Of a stretch of 64,000 nucleotides of DNA, positions 1 through 8,964 are shown piece after piece (position 1 is the first letter of the stretch; each line of letters starts with the position of its first letter). Source of the DNA: Acidaminococcaceae bacterium (GTDB taxonomy: Bacteria; Bacillota; Negativicutes; Acidaminococcales; Acidaminococcaceae); assembly GCA_022653215.1 (NCBI GenBank), contig JALCSJ010000001.1, positions 1,021 through 65,020 on the forward strand, read 5' to 3'. Under the pieces are notes generated by a model that saw nothing but the letters and a program-made list of their open reading frames with translations, was not told the origin of the DNA and searched no databases. The translations under genes were made by a program, and so were the position numbers.

Positions 1-485
1 ATCTTAGCTAAAAAACCGGTAAAAAGACCGGTAGGAATACCTAAAAGTAAAAGAAAAGGCAGATAACTGAAAATAGCTGCAGTACTCATTAAATAGGCTG
101 CTACCATAATCTGCCCGCAGTTGTGGCAGAAAGCACCTAAAAGGCCAATTCCCCAGGCTGAGAACCAGTTGTGTTTAACAGCCAAAGCCATAAAAATAAA
201 ACTGAACAAAGCTCCCCCTAAACCAATAGTAAAGCCGGGAGTCAGAAGACCGGTAAATAAAAGACCAACTAATAAAATGCGAGCCGTAAGGAAAAGAGCA
301 GCCTGCCCGGTAGTATACATATATAGCACAATAATCGTAACACAATTAGCCAGCCCCAGATGAGCACCGGGCAAAGGCAAAAGATAGGCGAAAGCACTTT
401 CTATCAATCTTAGGGCAATCGCTCCCGCCAAGAGGACACTTAAACGTGTCAAGGTCTGAAGAGAATATTTAGCGGATGATGGCAT
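1..485 (-). CDS. Gx transporter family / heptaprenyl diphosphate synthase component I-like integral membrane protein (3' end runs off the window)
   Basis: My own translation of the minus strand gives an ATG at 485-483 and a frame open to position 1. It is absent from the ORF track because there is no stop in the window. The protein is hydrophobic: MPSSAKYSLQTLTRLSVLLAGAIALRLIESAF...GAFCHNCGQIMVAAYLMSTAAIFSYLPFLLLLGIPTG. It overlaps the upstream NusG-II gene stop by 17 nt. NusG-II plus Gx transporter is a common Firmicutes pairing. Confidence 0.6.
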   Translation of the reverse strand, partial: MPSSAKYSLQTLTRLSVLLAGAIALRLIESAFAYLLPLPGAHLGLANCVTIIVLYMYTTGQAALFLTARILLVGLLFTGLLTPGFTIGLGGALFSFIFMALAVKHNWFSAWGIGLLGAFCHNCGQIMVAAYLMSTAAIFSYLPFLLLLGIPTGLFTGFLAK

Positions 486-846
486 CGAACTCGGCCTCCT
501 TTCCGGGAGTAGTTAAAGTCAAAAGAACCTTTTCCGGCAGACAGGCAATAGTTTGTCCGGCTCTGGTAATTTTTCCCTGATGGATACAAAGCTTTTCCGG
601 ACAGGGAGAGGACTCTACCCAGGCACCTTTTTTGTCATACATTAAAGTCAGGGTACCGTCCTGAACAGGCACATCCAGCCTTGTTTCTGCGGTAACCTTT
701 TCCAAATCGACCCGTTCTATGACTTTATTGTCATGTTGTATTATTAACAACTTTGCTGTTTTGTTATCTGTGCTATGAAAGAATAGATAGCCTGCTAAAG
801 CTACTAGGCAAATAACAACCAACAGCAAATAATCAGTTTTACGCAT
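469..846 (-). CDS. NusG domain II-containing protein (DUF1312-like), membrane anchored
   Basis: 125 aa with an N-terminal TM helix (YLLLVVICLVALAGYLFF). The C-terminal CPEKLCIHQGKITRAGQTIACLPEKVLL signature is typical of NusG_II proteins. Confidence 0.75.
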   Translation of the reverse strand: MRKTDYLLLVVICLVALAGYLFFHSTDNKTAKLLIIQHDNKVIERVDLEKVTAETRLDVPVQDGTLTLMYDKKGAWVESSPCPEKLCIHQGKITRAGQTIACLPEKVLLTLTTPGKEAEFDAIIR

Positions 847-891
847 ACGTACTCCTTAATGTTTAGCGTGACAAGGTATTTATTGTATTTC

Positions 892-1899
892 CTATTTTTC
901 TGCTTTGAAAATATTCTTTAGTCCCGGGGACACATATATTTGACCCTCAGGATTAATAATAATAGCTTCCAGACCTTCTGTAGATTCCACAATCTTTTCC
1001 GCTTCTTTGGTAGGCAGAATAAACAGTAGAGTAGAGTAATAATCTGCCAGAAAAGCCGAAGCATGAACAGCTGTGGTAGAGATGGCATTACGTGCCGGGT
1101 AACCGGTATCAGGATCAATAATATGGTGATAACGAACACCGTTTACCTCGTAATAACGCTGATAATCACCGGAAGTCGCCAGACTCATGCCGGGGGCTAT
1201 CTCCAGGGTACCAATCATTTTATCTTTATGACGAGGGTCTTGGATACCGATGCGCCAAGGCTTCCCATCTTGTTTTTTACCTAATATTTTAATATTGCCG
1301 CCGGCATTAATCAAGGCAGCTTTTATTGCCGGGTCTTTTTTGAGAGCGTCATAGGCTCTGTCAACAGCGTAGCCCTTAGCTACTGCTCCTAAATCCATGG
1401 CTGTATGGGCGGGAAGCGTAACGCTGCCGGCCGCTTCGTCTAAAGTATAGCTGTTATCGCCGCATTTGGCCAGAGCCGCTTTTACTGCCTCCTTGGAAGG
1501 AACTGTAGTAGTCTTACTGTTTTCGTGCCACAGATTAATTACAGGCCCCAGAGTAAGGTCGATTTTTCCGTAGGGGAGTTTCTTTGTTGCAGTTAATAAA
1601 GTAAACAGTTTTTTATCTACCACAAAAGGACCTTTTCCTGCCTGTTTATTTAAGGCAAAAAGGTCATTATCTTGATGTTGCTCATAGTTGTCCGTAACAT
1701 CGGCAATACCTTTAAAAGCGACAAAGCCTTCAGTAGAACCACTACGGAGCTTAGCTTCATCCTCACCGTAGACAGTAATCTCTACAATGGTATCCATGAG
1801 GAAGCGAGTATCTTTATAATTATAGGTCTTTTGTTGAAAAAAGCAGCCCGTTATTAGCAGGCTGCTTATAGTGATTACAAATAAAACTAATTTTCTCAT
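892..1899 (-). CDS. apbE: FAD:protein FMN transferase (ApbE family lipoprotein)
   Basis: Lipobox LLITGC and motifs DLGAVAKGYAVD and TSGDYQRY. It has a 4-nt overlap with the rnfB stop. ApbE flavinylates RnfG/RnfD. Confidence 0.9.
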   Translation of the reverse strand: MRKLVLFVITISSLLITGCFFQQKTYNYKDTRFLMDTIVEITVYGEDEAKLRSGSTEGFVAFKGIADVTDNYEQHQDNDLFALNKQAGKGPFVVDKKLFTLLTATKKLPYGKIDLTLGPVINLWHENSKTTTVPSKEAVKAALAKCGDNSYTLDEAAGSVTLPAHTAMDLGAVAKGYAVDRAYDALKKDPAIKAALINAGGNIKILGKKQDGKPWRIGIQDPRHKDKMIGTLEIAPGMSLATSGDYQRYYEVNGVRYHHIIDPDTGYPARNAISTTAVHASAFLADYYSTLLFILPTKEAEKIVESTEGLEAIIINPEGQIYVSPGLKNIFKAEK

Positions 1900-2792
1900 T
1901 GTGCGGTGGTTTGAGTTGCTTCCTGAGCCGGTGCTTTGGGAGCAGGAGCAGCAGGTTGAGCATTCACAACGGGGGCAGCCAGAGGATCAGCTTTAAGAAT
2001 GACGTGACGTGGGCACTTCATAGCGCACAAGCCGCAGCTGACACATTTTTCGTAATCGATAACGGGAATTGAACCGTTAGGAGTATCTTCCAATGTGATA
2101 GCTTGTTTAGGACAATTCTTAGCGCAGATACCGCAGCTAATGCAGGATACGTTGCAATTAGTCATGGCAGCTTTGCCCTTTTCACGATTGTTGCATTGTA
2201 CTAAAACTTTCTTTGAGGAATCAATTAATTCAATTAAGAATTGAGGACAAGCTTTGGTGCAGTTACCGCAGCCAACGCATTTGTCATAATCAAATACCGG
2301 CAAACCTTCTTTGCCAATCTTAATGGCTCCGAAAGAGCAGGCATCAACGCAGGCACCACAACCGAAGCAACCAAAGTTGCATTGGTTGGGACCACCATAG
2401 TTGTTAGCCAGCAGATAGCAGTTATTGATACCTTCATAATCTTTAATTTGTTTTCTGTTGGTGCAGCCACCGTTACAGTGCAGTCTGGCAATGTAACGAA
2501 CTTTGGGACCTTCATCATTTGTAGCATGTCCCATAATGGCGTTAATCTTTGCTCTGTTCCCATCGGCACAAGCAGCGCACCTGTTGGAATCAGGTACTTG
2601 GCCGGTAACAATGGCTTCTGCCATACTGGCACAGCCTGCAAAACCACAGCCGCCGCAATTGGCTCCGGGGAGCAAGGCAGCTATACTATCAATACGTGGG
2701 TCGACTTCTACCCGTAGTTTAATTCCGGCGATAGCAAGTATCAAACCGAAAATACCACCGATGGCAGCGACCATAATAACAGCTTCTATCAT
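1896..2792 (-). CDS. rnfB: Rnf electron transport complex subunit B (polyferredoxin)
   Basis: N-terminal TM helix, a CGGCGFAGC cluster and several CxxCxxCxxxCP ferredoxin motifs. It is the last gene of the rnf operon. Confidence 0.9.
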   Translation of the reverse strand: MIEAVIMVAAIGGIFGLILAIAGIKLRVEVDPRIDSIAALLPGANCGGCGFAGCASMAEAIVTGQVPDSNRCAACADGNRAKINAIMGHATNDEGPKVRYIARLHCNGGCTNRKQIKDYEGINNCYLLANNYGGPNQCNFGCFGCGACVDACSFGAIKIGKEGLPVFDYDKCVGCGNCTKACPQFLIELIDSSKKVLVQCNNREKGKAAMTNCNVSCISCGICAKNCPKQAITLEDTPNGSIPVIDYEKCVSCGLCAMKCPRHVILKADPLAAPVVNAQPAAPAPKAPAQEATQTTAQ

Positions 2793-2808
2793 AATTTTCA
2801 GCTCCTAA

Positions 2809-3384
2809 TCAATGTATGCCGCTCATACCCATCAAAGCGATGGACATGAAACTTGCGGTAATTAAGGCAATGGGAAGAACTCTCATGCAGGGAGGCATTT
2901 GATCCTCGTCTAGACGTTCTCTGATGCAGGAAAATAGCAAGATAGCCATGGTGTAACCCAAGGAAGTACCAATGGAATTGGCAATAGAATCAATCAAGCT
3001 ATAGTTCTTGGTTACGTTAATCAAAGCAATACCCAAGATAGCGCAGTTAGTGGTAATCAGAGGCAGATACACGCCCATGGCTTTATGCAAAGCAGGCATG
3101 CTCTTTTTCATGAACATTTCAACTAACTGTACCAAAGCGGCAATAGCCAGAATGAATACCAAAGTCTGTAAATATTCCAGATGATAAGGAACCAAAAGGC
3201 CGTGGTAAACACCGTAACATAAGATGGTTGCCAATAACATTACGAAAGATACAGCAGCACTCATACCAAAAGCATTCTTGAAGTTCTTGGATACACCCAG
3301 GAATGAGCACAAGCCCAAGAACTGAGCCAAAATAATATTGGAAATAAATACTGCACTGAAAATAATACCAAATGTACTATCCAT
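2809..3384 (-). CDS. rnfA: Rnf complex subunit A
   Basis: 191-aa polytopic membrane protein with the RnfA/NqrE signature (LGLCSFLGVS, PLITTNCAILG). Operon position follows rnfE. Confidence 0.92.
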   Translation of the reverse strand: MDSTFGIIFSAVFISNIILAQFLGLCSFLGVSKNFKNAFGMSAAVSFVMLLATILCYGVYHGLLVPYHLEYLQTLVFILAIAALVQLVEMFMKKSMPALHKAMGVYLPLITTNCAILGIALINVTKNYSLIDSIANSIGTSLGYTMAILLFSCIRERLDEDQMPPCMRVLPIALITASFMSIALMGMSGIH

Positions 3385-3979
3385 TATGAGCAGCTCCTCT
3401 CTGACGCAGGTAAGCTACCATAGCAAAAACGCAGCCCATGGTAATAAAAGCGCCGGCCGGCAGAATGAAAATCAGGGCAGGAGTAAAGGGAGCACCTAAA
3501 ATCTGATGACCTAATAACTTGCCGCTGCCTAATAATTCACGGAAGGAAGCAATAATGGTAAGAGCCAGAGTATAACCAATGCCCATGCCAATTGCATCCA
3601 GAATAGAAGCAACAACACCGTTCTTACAAGCAAAAGCTTCAGCTCTGCCCAGTACGATACAGTTTACAACGATTAAAGGAACGAAAACGCCCAGTGCTGC
3701 ATAAAGAGCAGGAACATATGCGTTCATAATCATTTCCACAACGGTAACCAAGGAAGCAATTACTACGATATAGCAGGGAATATGTACTTGGTCAGGAATA
3801 AGTTTTCTAATCAGGGAAATAACAATATTGGATCCGATTAATACGAAAGTAAAAGCTGCGCCCATACCTAAGGCATTCGTCAAAGAACTGGTAGTAGCCA
3901 AGGAAGGGCATGTACCTAAGAGCTGAACGAATAGAGGATTGTCTTTTATAATACCTTTAGTTAACTCGTTTATTAACAT
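3377..3979 (-). CDS. rnfE: Rnf complex subunit E
   Basis: 200 aa with RnfE/NqrD-type motifs (NPLFVQLLGTCPSLATT, PLIVVNCIVLGRAEAFA). Confidence 0.92.
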   Translation of the reverse strand: MLINELTKGIIKDNPLFVQLLGTCPSLATTSSLTNALGMGAAFTFVLIGSNIVISLIRKLIPDQVHIPCYIVVIASLVTVVEMIMNAYVPALYAALGVFVPLIVVNCIVLGRAEAFACKNGVVASILDAIGMGIGYTLALTIIASFRELLGSGKLLGHQILGAPFTPALIFILPAGAFITMGCVFAMVAYLRQRGAAHNG

Positions 3980-3984
3980 TTTTA

Positions 3985-4563
3985 TCAGCCCTTTCCATTA
4001 GCATAAGTCTTCATGTAGTGAGCACGCACTTCGTTCAGGCCTTTTACTACAGCCCGGCTTGTGATGGTCGCTGCCGTGATGGCTCTAACATCATTGTCTT
4101 TAGTGGGATCTTGCTTGGTTACGACTAATTCATCTTTCAAAGGCTTGCCTTTGAATTGTGCCTGCCAAGTAGGTTCGGTACTCTTCATACCTAAACCGGG
4201 GGTCTCACTGAGTTTCAGGATTTTAATACCGGTTAATTTATTCTTTTGGTCAATACCAACCATGATGGTCAGTTTTCCGCCGTAACCGGTGGGCTCTACA
4301 GTGTAAATGTAACCATTAGCTTTCCCGCCTTTTTTGGAGCACTGAATGTCAGTGATCAGGCCGCCGGGAGCTTTTTCTTTGGACAATTCTCCCAGTTCAG
4401 GGAAGACTTGTTTGTAAGCTGCTTTAACGTCTGCTGCAGCTCGTGCTGCAATAACGTCTTTGGTGGCAGAGTGTGCATAAGCAACCAGGCCAACGCAGAC
4501 AGCACAGATGATAAGAAGAGTAAGGGTTAATCTGGTAATGAAGCTTGAGTCTTCTTTACTCAT
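3985..4563 (-). CDS. rnfG: Rnf complex subunit G (FMN-binding)
   Basis: N-terminal anchor plus an FMN_bind domain with the flavinylation-type motif AITAATITSRAV. Confidence 0.9.
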   Translation of the reverse strand: MSKEDSSFITRLTLTLLIICAVCVGLVAYAHSATKDVIAARAAADVKAAYKQVFPELGELSKEKAPGGLITDIQCSKKGGKANGYIYTVEPTGYGGKLTIMVGIDQKNKLTGIKILKLSETPGLGMKSTEPTWQAQFKGKPLKDELVVTKQDPTKDNDVRAITAATITSRAVVKGLNEVRAHYMKTYANGKG

Positions 4564-5588
4564 TTCTTAGCACCTCCTCCAAATGTTACGGTGTGAACAT
4601 ACTTATCAATGAAAGGAGTTACCATGTTCATCATCAAGATGGAATAGCAAACGCCTTCAGTGTAGCTGCCACGTAAACGAATCAGAGAAGTTAATACGCC
4701 TAAACCAATAGCATAAATAATTTTGCCTTTTTTGGTAATAGGAGAAGTTACCCAGTCAGTTGCCATAAAGAAAGCACCAATCATCAAACCGCCTGCACAC
4801 AGATGGTACAGAGGGAAAGTGGAAGGATAACCGAAAATCGTACCGTAAATACCGGTTAGAACAGCAACAGTTGCCAGATAAAAAACAGGGATACGCCAAT
4901 CAATTAATTCTTTGTAAATCAGATAAATGCCGCCTAACACCAAAGCGGGAACACAGGTCTCGCCCAAAGAGCCACCTACATTACCTATGAACATATTCAT
5001 AAGAGAAGGAAGCTTGTCAGTAGTAGCAGCACCACCTGCCTGCCAAACAGCTTCGGTAGCACGCATAACAGCCAAAGGAGTTGCAGTAGAAACTGCATCA
5101 GCGCCTTTAGTTACAGCAGCAGTAGCGGGAAGCACCCAGGCAGTCATTTGTTGGGGGAAAGATGCCAGTAAAATGGCACGGCCAATATGAGCAGGGTTAA
5201 AAACATTGCAGCCTAAGCCGCCAAAAATTTGTTTTGCCAGTACAATAGCAAAGAAGGTGCCAACCATAGCCAGACCGGGAGAGAAAGAAGCCGGTAAACA
5301 CATTGCTAATAAAAGTCCGGTTAAAGCTGCACTATAATCACCAATGGTAATTGGTTTGCCCATCACTTTTTCTGCAGCGGCTTCAAAAACTACGGCAGAA
5401 ACAACACAAGTCACCATAACAATAACTGCATCCATACGGAAATAATAAATAGCCGCTAAAATTGCAGGTACCAAAGCAATGATAACATCCCGCATAGCAG
5501 AAGGAATGGTCATATCGCTATGCATATGTGGTGATGAGGACAGGAGAACCAAAGGTTTAGGTTCTTTAATAGGTTCCATAATATTCAT
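4560..5588 (-). CDS. rnfD: Rnf complex subunit D
   Basis: 342-aa polytopic RnfD/NqrB-type protein (FNPAHIGRAILL, MATDWVTSP). Confidence 0.92.
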   Translation of the reverse strand: MNIMEPIKEPKPLVLLSSSPHMHSDMTIPSAMRDVIIALVPAILAAIYYFRMDAVIVMVTCVVSAVVFEAAAEKVMGKPITIGDYSAALTGLLLAMCLPASFSPGLAMVGTFFAIVLAKQIFGGLGCNVFNPAHIGRAILLASFPQQMTAWVLPATAAVTKGADAVSTATPLAVMRATEAVWQAGGAATTDKLPSLMNMFIGNVGGSLGETCVPALVLGGIYLIYKELIDWRIPVFYLATVAVLTGIYGTIFGYPSTFPLYHLCAGGLMIGAFFMATDWVTSPITKKGKIIYAIGLGVLTSLIRLRGSYTEGVCYSILMMNMVTPFIDKYVHTVTFGGGAKK

Positions 5589-5607
5589 TTAGTCCTTTCA
5601 CTGTAAA

Positions 5608-6984
5608 TTATTTTTTAACCTGAGGAACTTGATAATAGGGGTTATGACCGCCGTTGCCCTTACCACGAATGAACAACTTACCCATACGGATATATTGTAC
5701 CAGTGGAATGTGAGCAGGGCATTGGAATGCACAGGAACCGCATTCAATGCAGGCATGACAGTAGTTTGCTTCAGCAGCATCCCAGTCTTGCTTTTTAATG
5801 GCAGTAACAATCACGGTAGGCTCCAGGTGCATAGGACATGCATCTACGCAGCGTGCGCAATGTACACAGTTATGAGGTTCAACATAATCAGAGAATTCGG
5901 ATTCGTGATTGAAGACCAGAACTGCGCCTGTGCCCTTAATAACAGGGTAATCAAGAGAGTTTACAGCAAAACCCATCATCATACCGCCGGATACAATCTT
6001 GCCAAGGTCGCCCTTGACTCCGCCGGCTGCTTTTTCGACAATATCTTTGTAGGAAGTACCGATGCGGGTAATGTAGTTGCCGGGTTTGTTAACACCATTG
6101 CCGCTGCAGGTAACTACTCTCTCATAAAGAGGAATACCATCACGTAAAGCGCGGCAGGCCGCTACAGCAGTGCCAACGTTATCAACGATAGCACCTACAT
6201 CACCGGGAAGTCCTCTGTCGGGAACTGTTCTACCGGTGCAGGCATAGATTAAATGTTTTTCAGAACCTTGCGGGTACTTCTCAGCACAAACCTGTACTTC
6301 AATGTTAGGCTCGTTAGCCACTTTCTTTTGCATCAAAGCAATAGCATCCGGTTTGTTGTCCTCAATGGCAATAATACCTTTGGGAGCATTGGAAGCACGG
6401 AGGAAGTACTTCAGACCTTGAATAATGTCATCAGCGCTTTCCAACAGGGTGCGATGATCGCACGTAACATAAGGCTCGCATTCGATACCATTTAAAATAA
6501 CAGTATCAATGGGGCGGGCCCCTTCTTTAGGAGGAGCATACTTTACGTGAGTGGGGAATGTAGCACCACCCATACCAACTATGCCCTTTTCTTGCAGTTC
6601 TGTCCGGATAAATTCCGGTGTCAGTTCTGCGTCTGTGTGTGGTTTTAAATCCTCACACATAGTATCCAACCCATCATTCTTAATGAGAATGCAGTTGGAA
6701 ATCATGCCGTTTGGCATGTAGCGTTTTTGCAGACCCATGACCATACCGCTGACGCTGGCATGAACATTGCTACTTACAAAACCGCCTGCCTTGCCGATAA
6801 CTTGACCGATTGTTACTTTGTCCCCGGGTTTTACAACCGCAGCAGCCGGCTTACCAATGTGCATACCTAGTGGTATACAAACGGTATCCGGAACCGGACA
6901 TCTTTCAATAGGCAACTTATCAGTTAGGCCTTTGCTAGGTGGTACATGAACGCCACCTATGAAACTTGCTTCTTGTGCAGACAT
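5608..6984 (-). CDS. rnfC: Rnf complex subunit C (NADH-binding, 2x[4Fe-4S])
   Basis: RnfC fold with GMGGATFPTHVK and two CxxCxxCxxxCP motifs. The ORF track starts at GTG 6993. I prefer ATG 6984 (MSAQEAS...) because AGAGGTG lies 6 nt upstream. Confidence 0.9.
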   Translation of the reverse strand: MSAQEASFIGGVHVPPSKGLTDKLPIERCPVPDTVCIPLGMHIGKPAAAVVKPGDKVTIGQVIGKAGGFVSSNVHASVSGMVMGLQKRYMPNGMISNCILIKNDGLDTMCEDLKPHTDAELTPEFIRTELQEKGIVGMGGATFPTHVKYAPPKEGARPIDTVILNGIECEPYVTCDHRTLLESADDIIQGLKYFLRASNAPKGIIAIEDNKPDAIALMQKKVANEPNIEVQVCAEKYPQGSEKHLIYACTGRTVPDRGLPGDVGAIVDNVGTAVAACRALRDGIPLYERVVTCSGNGVNKPGNYITRIGTSYKDIVEKAAGGVKGDLGKIVSGGMMMGFAVNSLDYPVIKGTGAVLVFNHESEFSDYVEPHNCVHCARCVDACPMHLEPTVIVTAIKKQDWDAAEANYCHACIECGSCAFQCPAHIPLVQYIRMGKLFIRGKGNGGHNPYYQVPQVKK

Positions 6985-7256
6985 TAAGTTCACCTCTAAA
7001 CCTAAAATGTGTCAACTTTCAACATATAGATTATATAATTGTAGAAATTAAAAAACAAGTGAAAAAGTTTCTAAAAACAGGAAATTGAAAAAGTTCACAC
7101 ATATTAGAGAAGAAAAAAGGGAAAAGGTTACAAAAAGTTTACAAAAATAGGTGTAAAATCACCAAAAATATATTATAATAAGCTCAGTAAACTGTTTTAA
7201 TAATTACTAAATTTGAAAAGAAAATGCAAAAACTGTAACTTAATATAGGAGGAATT

Positions 7257-8153
7257 ATGTTTTTTGACGATTACGATACACCGGTTTTTCGTCCACCCAG
7301 TGAAGCAAGGAGTTTTATCTTACGTTTAACCCGTGGCTGCGCACATAATCAGTGTACATTTTGTGCCATGTATAAGGGTGTGACTTTTAATGTCTGCACC
7401 GATGATGAAATCTCTCGGCAGATTGCTATGGCTGCTCAGTACGGCAAAGATTTTGTCAGACGTATTTTCTTGGCAGACGGAGATGCTTTGGTTCTGCCCA
7501 CGGAAAAACTTTTAAAAATTTTAGCAGTGTTATACAAAGTCTTTCCTAATTTACAGCGGGTTTCTTCTTATGCAGCTCCCAAAGATATTCTCAGGAAATC
7601 TCCCGAAGAATTAATCAAGCTGAGAGAAGCAGGTCTGAAACTGTTGTACTATGGCCTGGAAACAGGGGACGGAGAATTACTGAAAGAAATCAAAAAAGGC
7701 GTGACGGCTGAGGAAGCAGTAGAAGCCGGTCAGAAGGTCATTGCTGCAGGCATGAAATTATCTTTGATGGTGATTGCCGGTTTAGGCGGGGTGAAAGGCT
7801 CCCATCGTCATGCTATAGAAACAGCTAAGGCAATTAATCTTATTCAGCCTACTATGCTCAGCATTTTAACTTTGCGACTATATAAAGGAACGGAAATGCT
7901 GGCTAAATACGAAAATAATAAATTCGAACTTTTGTCACCGGCCGGGTTATGCCGGGAGGCCAGGGAATTCCTCAGCAATGTAGATATTAAGCCCGGTCAC
8001 ACTATTTTTCGCAGCAACCATGTGTCCAACTATGTACCTTTGGGGGGAACTTTGCCGCAGGATAAAGCAAAGCTCATTAAGGAGCTGGACGAATCAATTG
8101 AACAGTTATCTGATTTAACGGATTGGGAAGTTTACACAAACATGGAGTACTAA
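7257..8153 (+). CDS. radical SAM protein (Elp3/B12-less type, function unknown)
   Basis: 298 aa with an N-terminal Cys triad GCAHNQCTFCAMYKG and a TIM-barrel-like remainder (FLADGDAL, YYGLETGD). RBS is AGGAGG. Confidence 0.8.
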   Translation: MFFDDYDTPVFRPPSEARSFILRLTRGCAHNQCTFCAMYKGVTFNVCTDDEISRQIAMAAQYGKDFVRRIFLADGDALVLPTEKLLKILAVLYKVFPNLQRVSSYAAPKDILRKSPEELIKLREAGLKLLYYGLETGDGELLKEIKKGVTAEEAVEAGQKVIAAGMKLSLMVIAGLGGVKGSHRHAIETAKAINLIQPTMLSILTLRLYKGTEMLAKYENNKFELLSPAGLCREAREFLSNVDIKPGHTIFRSNHVSNYVPLGGTLPQDKAKLIKELDESIEQLSDLTDWEVYTNMEY

Positions 8154-8175
8154 GGCAGGAGGCAAGTTAAGAATC

Positions 8176-8850
8176 ATGAAATGGATTAGACACTTAATTG
8201 CACTATTTACTGTTAGTTTGTTGTTACTACCCTCGGCAGCTCTGGCCAAAAGTAAAACCCTGAAAGTGGGGGACAAAGGCTGGAAAGTAAAAACTGTCCA
8301 GATTAAACTTAACGATATCGGTTTCAAAACACCTACAACAGGTAAATACACCAAGGATTTGTCCAGACAGGTAAGAAGCTTCCAAAAGAAATATAAATTG
8401 CAGGCTACAGGTGCTGTTGACGACAAGACCTATTATGCCCTACTCCAGGAATCTTTTAAGAAGGAAGGCATCAGAGGTGTCAGAGGTCAGGATATCGTAA
8501 AAACTGCATCTTTGTACAAAGGCGTGCCATATGGATTTGGAGGTACCACCCCCAAATCTTTCGACTGTTCCGGTTATGTGCAGTATGTGTTCAAAAAGCA
8601 CAGAGCCATATTACCCAGAACGGCAGATTTGCAATATGAAAAAGGACTCTTCGTTACCCAGAGTCAGTTAAAACCGGGGGATTTAGTATTCTTTTCCACT
8701 TATGAACCGGGTGCATCCCATGTGGGTATTTACGCAGGCAACGGCAAATTCTGGAATGCCACCTCATCCAGGGGCGTTATGCTCTGCGGTCTTAAAGATG
8801 ATTATTGGCATAAGCATTACTATGGTGCCAAGAGAGTGTTAGTGTCATAA
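8176..8850 (+). CDS. secreted peptidoglycan-binding domain + NlpC/P60 (C40) cell-wall hydrolase
   Basis: Signal peptide ending AALA. PG_binding-like repeat (LKVGDKGWKVKTVQIKLNDIGF...RSFQKKYKLQATGAVD). Catalytic motifs FDCSGYVQYVF and SHVGIY. Confidence 0.85.
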   Translation: MKWIRHLIALFTVSLLLLPSAALAKSKTLKVGDKGWKVKTVQIKLNDIGFKTPTTGKYTKDLSRQVRSFQKKYKLQATGAVDDKTYYALLQESFKKEGIRGVRGQDIVKTASLYKGVPYGFGGTTPKSFDCSGYVQYVFKKHRAILPRTADLQYEKGLFVTQSQLKPGDLVFFSTYEPGASHVGIYAGNGKFWNATSSRGVMLCGLKDDYWHKHYYGAKRVLVS

Positions 8851-8964
8851 AGTCCCGAATTAAAGAGAAATGAGAGCAGAGATGCTTCCCGACGAGTGTC
8901 CCCAAGAAAGTATCTCTGTGACGCAGCAGTAATTACTATAGGAAATCGTTTAGGAGGGAATTCG

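Noticed and set aside
121-363. 80-aa plus-strand ORF from the track (MWQKAPKRPIP...)
   Set aside because: It lies antisense inside the minus-strand membrane-protein gene that is open from 485 to the window edge. Its basic, proline-rich composition is typical of antisense frames.
2241-2717. Long antisense or alternative-frame ORFs inside strong genes (for example 2234-2647, 2241-2717, 12956-13564, 23107-23628, 34998-35483, 48960-49292)
   Set aside because: Each is fully embedded in a CDS with clear family motifs on the other strand or frame. None has an RBS and all have odd composition, so they are treated as shadow ORFs.
7083-7102. Possible Rex operator (TTGTGAA-N4-TTCACAA) upstream of rnfC
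   Set aside because: Only the right half-site (TTCACAC) matches. The left half (AATTGAA) matches 4/7. This is too weak to call.
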